Shown here piece by piece: positions 61,821 to 64,000 of a DNA stretch of 64,000 bases (its first letter is position 1; the number at the start of each line of letters is the position of its first letter). Position numbers and translations under genes: made by a program. This DNA is from Diplonema japonicum (Eukaryota; Protista; Euglenozoa: Diplonemea). The notes under the pieces are model-generated. The model did not search any database. It saw nothing but the letters and a program-made list of their open reading frames with translations, and was not told the DNA's origin. Location of the stretch: contig OZ025672.1 in NCBI GenBank assembly GCA_964019335.1, positions 372,001 through 436,000 of the forward strand, given 5' to 3'.

Positions 61821-63752
61821 CTATTGTTTCACCTTGAGGTTGGGCCGTGAGCCCTCCGGGATATACACATCAATGGGGGCCTCTTCGATGGCGGCGGCGA
61901 AGCTACTTGAGCTTTCCTGCACGGCTTTGAGGTATGCTTCGTGTGAGCGGGTTTTAGGTGGTTGTGGCTGCAAGGGTGATGAAGGATGCGAGAGGGGTGG
62001 CAAGATGGTTTGGTCATCGACCTGTGCGTTGCCGTCGGACCAGCTCATTATGTCGTCGTTGTTGTTGTTGTTGTTGTTGTTGTTATGTGAATGCTGTGTG
62101 GGGACGGGTGGCCTTGCCTGCCTGCCTTGCGTTGTTGTGTCCCTTCCGTCGATGCCTCTCTGTGAGTCGTAGGTGTATGGGACTGCATTGCCACCCGCAC
62201 CGCCTCGCATGTTCCTTCCAGGCGGCATTCCTAGCCTCTTCCCTGAAGAGCTGGCCCACTGGTAGTCTGCCTGTGGGTTCAGTGCTGAATCGATCTTTGC
62301 CTTCTCCTCCATCGATGCTTGTTTTCTTACTTGCATATTTACACCCCCATCAGAACCTCCCATCACTGACAGTTCGTGTCTATCCGGTGGTTTGATGTAC
62401 TTCATATTCTGCGAATCATCTAGCCCCGTCGACTTCCCCTTGAGGGTTGCCTCCACAAGATGGACCACCTCGCTGCTCTGTCCTTCTTGGAACTGCTCGA
62501 ACTTCGCTCTTAAAAATTCGAACAGTGAGTTCACAAATGACCTGTCCGCTTTCTGCTCCAAAAGCTTCAGGTCGCACTTGCTCTTCATCGCTTCACAGAA
62601 GTTATCCGATGAGACCTTCGTGGAGTCCAGCACCATGATTTTTGTTTTCAAAAAGTCGACAGTTTCATAGAGACCTTTGTCCATGTTCTCATGAATCATT
62701 TCGAGGACTTTCTGTATGCTGGCCTTTCCTTTCAGTTCCCTTTGGAGCTCTAGGACTTGAACTGAAAAGTCGTCTTGGTCTTCCTCCTTCATTTGTTTGA
62801 TACGGGTGCGGATGTCAGATTGTATTTTTGAACGAAGCTCTAGGAAGGGAAGCGAGTTGTGCATTATGTTTATTCGTCTGTCGAGTTCAGGTATCTGGTA
62901 TTCGTTTTCCTCATCGTTGCGTGTTTCGTAGATCTGGGTAATCTCCTCGGTGTCCAGACACAGCACGTGGTAGAGGGCAGCCGATTTAGTTTCGGCATCT
63001 ACGAAGCGTGTGGTGCTGGCACTGTTCGATTCGTTAAGCTGGTATTTAATCTCGGTGTCGTTGGTGTCGATTATTTCCATCAGCTCCTTCTTGTCGAACT
63101 CTTGCAAGCGACGCATCGAGTTGAGGTTCTCGTCCAGCACGAGTTGCGCGTCTTGCAAATTCTTCGCAGTGAGCGACATGGAGTCCTGCACACGCAGCTG
63201 AGACGCGCGGTCCAGCGCTTCAAGCTGCTCTTTGAAGTTCGCTTCAATAAGAAGCTGTGACTCTAATATGTTCCGTTGCTGTTCCTCGGCTGTATCATCT
63301 CTGATGGGTTCCCACCATGAATCGAGAAGGCGTTCAACGTGAGTTTCAATGAACTGCCGGACTTGTGTTCCATCTGCGTTCTCAACGTCTGCGAGTCTTT
63401 GATTCGTCTGCGCCAACATCTGGTGCATGTCGCCCACTGAGTTGTTGAACTCCTTTGTCCCGACATACGCCTCTGGTAGTGCTTCGTACTTCTGGTGCAG
63501 ATTGGTGACCTTTGTTTCCAAGTCCATTCTGTGCCGATCTGCCTTCTGCAGGATATCCTTCAGCCTGATCCTGAAGTCGTCTTGCAGCTTCCTCAACTGA
63601 AAGAAGTCCTCTGTCAGCCCGCCTAGCATCTTTGTATTCATCGCAATATCATCATGCATGCTCTGCAGCAACCCTTGCAACCCGCTGATGTTCAAATCAA
63701 AGCTGAGCTTCACCACACCATCAGTCTTGAAGTCTTCGTCTTTTTTAGCCAT
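61821..63752 (-). CDS. Hypothetical coiled-coil protein
   Basis: 643-aa ORF with heptad-rich sequence and a poly-Asn tract near the C-terminus. Confidence 0.75.
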   Translation of the reverse strand: MAKKDEDFKTDGVVKLSFDLNISGLQGLLQSMHDDIAMNTKMLGGLTEDFFQLRKLQDDFRIRLKDILQKADRHRMDLETKVTNLHQKYEALPEAYVGTKEFNNSVGDMHQMLAQTNQRLADVENADGTQVRQFIETHVERLLDSWWEPIRDDTAEEQQRNILESQLLIEANFKEQLEALDRASQLRVQDSMSLTAKNLQDAQLVLDENLNSMRRLQEFDKKELMEIIDTNDTEIKYQLNESNSASTTRFVDAETKSAALYHVLCLDTEEITQIYETRNDEENEYQIPELDRRINIMHNSLPFLELRSKIQSDIRTRIKQMKEEDQDDFSVQVLELQRELKGKASIQKVLEMIHENMDKGLYETVDFLKTKIMVLDSTKVSSDNFCEAMKSKCDLKLLEQKADRSFVNSLFEFLRAKFEQFQEGQSSEVVHLVEATLKGKSTGLDDSQNMKYIKPPDRHELSVMGGSDGGVNMQVRKQASMEEKAKIDSALNPQADYQWASSSGKRLGMPPGRNMRGGAGGNAVPYTYDSQRGIDGRDTTTQGRQARPPVPTQHSHNNNNNNNNNDDIMSWSDGNAQVDDQTILPPLSHPSSPLQPQPPKTRSHEAYLKAVQESSSSFAAAIEEAPIDVYIPEGSRPNLKVKQ

Positions 63753-63852
63753 CTTGGAACCTTGCCTGAACCTGGAAAATGTGATCCGTTGTAATAGGTT
63801 TCGGTTAAGAGGTAATTTTTGTTTTCTTTTCTTTTTTCTTTTTTTTTGTCAT

Positions 63853-63999
63853 TCAGCTTTCGAGCTCCGTAATGAGGTTAGAGAGCCTCTCCTGCAGAGA
63901 GGCCAAGGTGCGCCGCTTGCTGAGCACCGCAGGACTGGGCTGTTTAAGGTTGTCAAGTTTTTCTTTGTATTTAGGAACGTTTGCCTGGGACTGAGTGAG
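63853..63999 (-). CDS. 3' end of an upstream gene (partial, runs off the window)
   Basis: Open frame ...KRRTLASLQERLSNLITELES* followed by AT-rich intergenic DNA. Confidence 0.5.
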   Translation of the reverse strand, partial: LTQSQANVPKYKEKLDNLKQPSPAVLSKRRTLASLQERLSNLITELES

Positions 64000-64000
64000 C

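Overview
Eukaryotic, most likely diplonemid (Euglenozoa) genomic DNA; the taxon is inferred, not proven. Essentially every credible gene lies on the minus strand in one directional, polycistronic-type cluster. Many start codons follow pyrimidine tract/AG signals typical of trans-splicing, two BILBO1-like (flagellar pocket collar) genes are present, and several genes carry very short GT-AG cis-introns (31-89 nt). Recognisable genes: secreted catalase, a degenerate kinesin, ankyrin proteins, a CCDC130/YJU2 splicing factor, START proteins (one lipidated, plus a six-gene tandem array), a sedolisin, IST1, an EF-hand/WD40 protein, two membrane-anchored multi-catalytic cellulases (GH45+GH5+GH5 and GH5+GH5), an Oca6-like pseudophosphatase, a GT61 glycosyltransferase and a purple acid phosphatase. 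The most striking element is at 36.4-42.9 kb: 20 tiny genes encoding two paralogous G/P/N/Q/Y-rich micropeptides. There are 10 copies of a 46-aa type A and 10 copies of a 49-aa type B. Copies of each type differ only at synonymous sites, share a 3'UTR motif, and are interleaved with four copies of a candidate box C/D snoRNA. A 601-bp MITE-like element and several short dispersed intergenic repeats are also present.
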